A DNA stretch of 64,000 nt, taken from sequence record PV745554.1. One strand, 5' to 3'. The translations under genes were made by a program, and so were the position numbers. The notes beneath the pieces were generated by a model. That model was given only the letters and a program-made list of their open reading frames with translations. It did no database searches and had not been told where the DNA came from. Position 1 is the first letter of the stretch; every line of letters starts with the position of its first letter. This document shows, one piece after another, positions 63,015 through 64,000 of this stretch.

Positions 63015-64000
63015 CGTCGGTGTCCTCTTGCTTGGCCAGCCAGTCGGCGTAGAGCGCCTCCAGGACCTTGACGCGGGCGCCGTCCATGTCGGACGGATCA
63101 CGCAGGCCCTCGAACACCCCGTGGCGCGGCAGGTCGTAGTCGCCGGCCAGGGCGTAGCTCATCTTGACGAACTGACCCACCGGCGGGTTGACGAAGTAGT
63201 CGGCCTTGGTCTTGTCGTTGAGGCCCGAGGCGATCCGCGCCACCTTGCCCGGCCATTCGGGGAAGATCACCAGCAGCTTGCCGGCGCGGCCCTTGGCGGC
63301 CTTGTTCGCCTTGTGGGTCGAGCGCTTGGTGTAGCCGCGCTCGTCGAGCGTCGCCTCGTTGTTGTTGGCGAACTCCTCCTCGACGCCGATGCAGACGCCC
63401 TCCAGGTCGGCCTTGTCCTTGGCCTTGACGTTGTAGCCCTCCAGGACCGTCGAGCGGCCGGGCTTGTAGGGGCCGTCGATCGCGCAGAAGATCAGGCCCT
63501 CGTCCTCGTTCTCCAGCGCCTCCAGGTACATGGCCAGCGCCTCCTCGGCGTTGCGAAGCAGGCGCTGCTCCAGGACCACTACCCACGACGGCAGGGACAG
63601 TTCCAGGGCCTTGAGCGCGGCGAGGCGCTCGGCCTTGCCGCCCGGCGCCAGGAAGTGCTCGAAGACATAGTAGCGGATGTCGGGCTCGCCCTCATGGGTC
63701 ATCACCGCCGAGGTCGAGCCCCGGAAGTTCAGCTTGCCATCGGTCAGGATGCCGATCTCGCCGTCCAGGCCGTGCGGCAGCGTCGACAGCAGCTTGCGCA
63801 CGTGCAGGTTCGGGATGTACTTCAGCGACCGGGTGATGCCGTGGCCGATCGTGTCGCGCTCGTTGGTCACCCAGCCGGCCTCGGTGTGGGTGATCGCCGC
63901 CTCGATCCTGTCGGGATGCACCGGCGAGACGCTGGCCCGGACCCCGTCCTTTTTGAAGGACCCGTAGCAGGGGAACGTGATCCGCGTGGCGAACTCGCTG
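63001..64000 (-). CDS. ATP-dependent DNA ligase (5' end beyond window)
   Basis: Frame open to window edge; FKKDGVR (KxDGxR), LDGEI, YVFE, DEGLI, YKPGRS, VKAK, PRHGVF. Confidence 0.92.
   Translation of the reverse strand, partial: SEFATRITFPCYGSFKKDGVRASVSPVHPDRIEAAITHTEAGWVTNERDTIGHGITRSLKYIPNLHVRKLLSTLPHGLDGEIGILTDGKLNFRGSTSAVMTHEGEPDIRYYVFEHFLAPGGKAERLAALKALELSLPSWVVVLEQRLLRNAEEALAMYLEALENEDEGLIFCAIDGPYKPGRSTVLEGYNVKAKDKADLEGVCIGVEEEFANNNEATLDERGYTKRSTHKANKAAKGRAGKLLVIFPEWPGKVARIASGLNDKTKADYFVNPPVGQFVKMSYALAGDYDLPRHGVFEGLRDPSDMDGARVKVLEALYADWLAKQEDTDDEAA

Overview
A 64-kb segment of a large GC-rich tailed phage that resembles phiCbK-like Caulobacter giant siphophages (inferred from gene content; the exact phage cannot be named). 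1-19 kb (+): tail module (5'-truncated tape measure, four GTA gp12-gp15-like baseplate genes, two paralogous fibres) and a lysis cassette (endolysin, overlapping spanins, candidate holin). 19.6-40 kb (-): repressor-like gene, nucleotide metabolism (dUTPase, NrdB fused to glutaredoxin, intein-containing NrdA, ThyX, dNMP kinase) and replication/modification genes (SF1 helicase, SSB-like protein, PD-(D/E)XK and DEDDh nucleases, PolA, C5 and N6 methyltransferases, metallophosphoesterase). 40.05-42.1 kb: a protein-free RNA island with a ~680-nt highly structured candidate ncRNA, a two-piece tmRNA with its own tag and a long structured spacer, three tRNAs (two with unexpected long variable arms) and several long-stem modules. 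Then a cadherin-repeat gene frameshifted by a perfect 221-bp tandem duplication, SNF2 helicase, HhH glycosylase, rIIB/rIIA, a minimal tyrosine recombinase, primase-helicase, YqeY-like protein and a truncated DNA ligase. A second ~300-nt candidate ncRNA follows the lysis genes. A 17-bp promoter/operator motif (TGTCGTGAATCTTGACA, containing a GANTC site) and CtrA-type half-sites recur in intergenic DNA. All calls come from reading motifs by eye; no database search or folding program was run.
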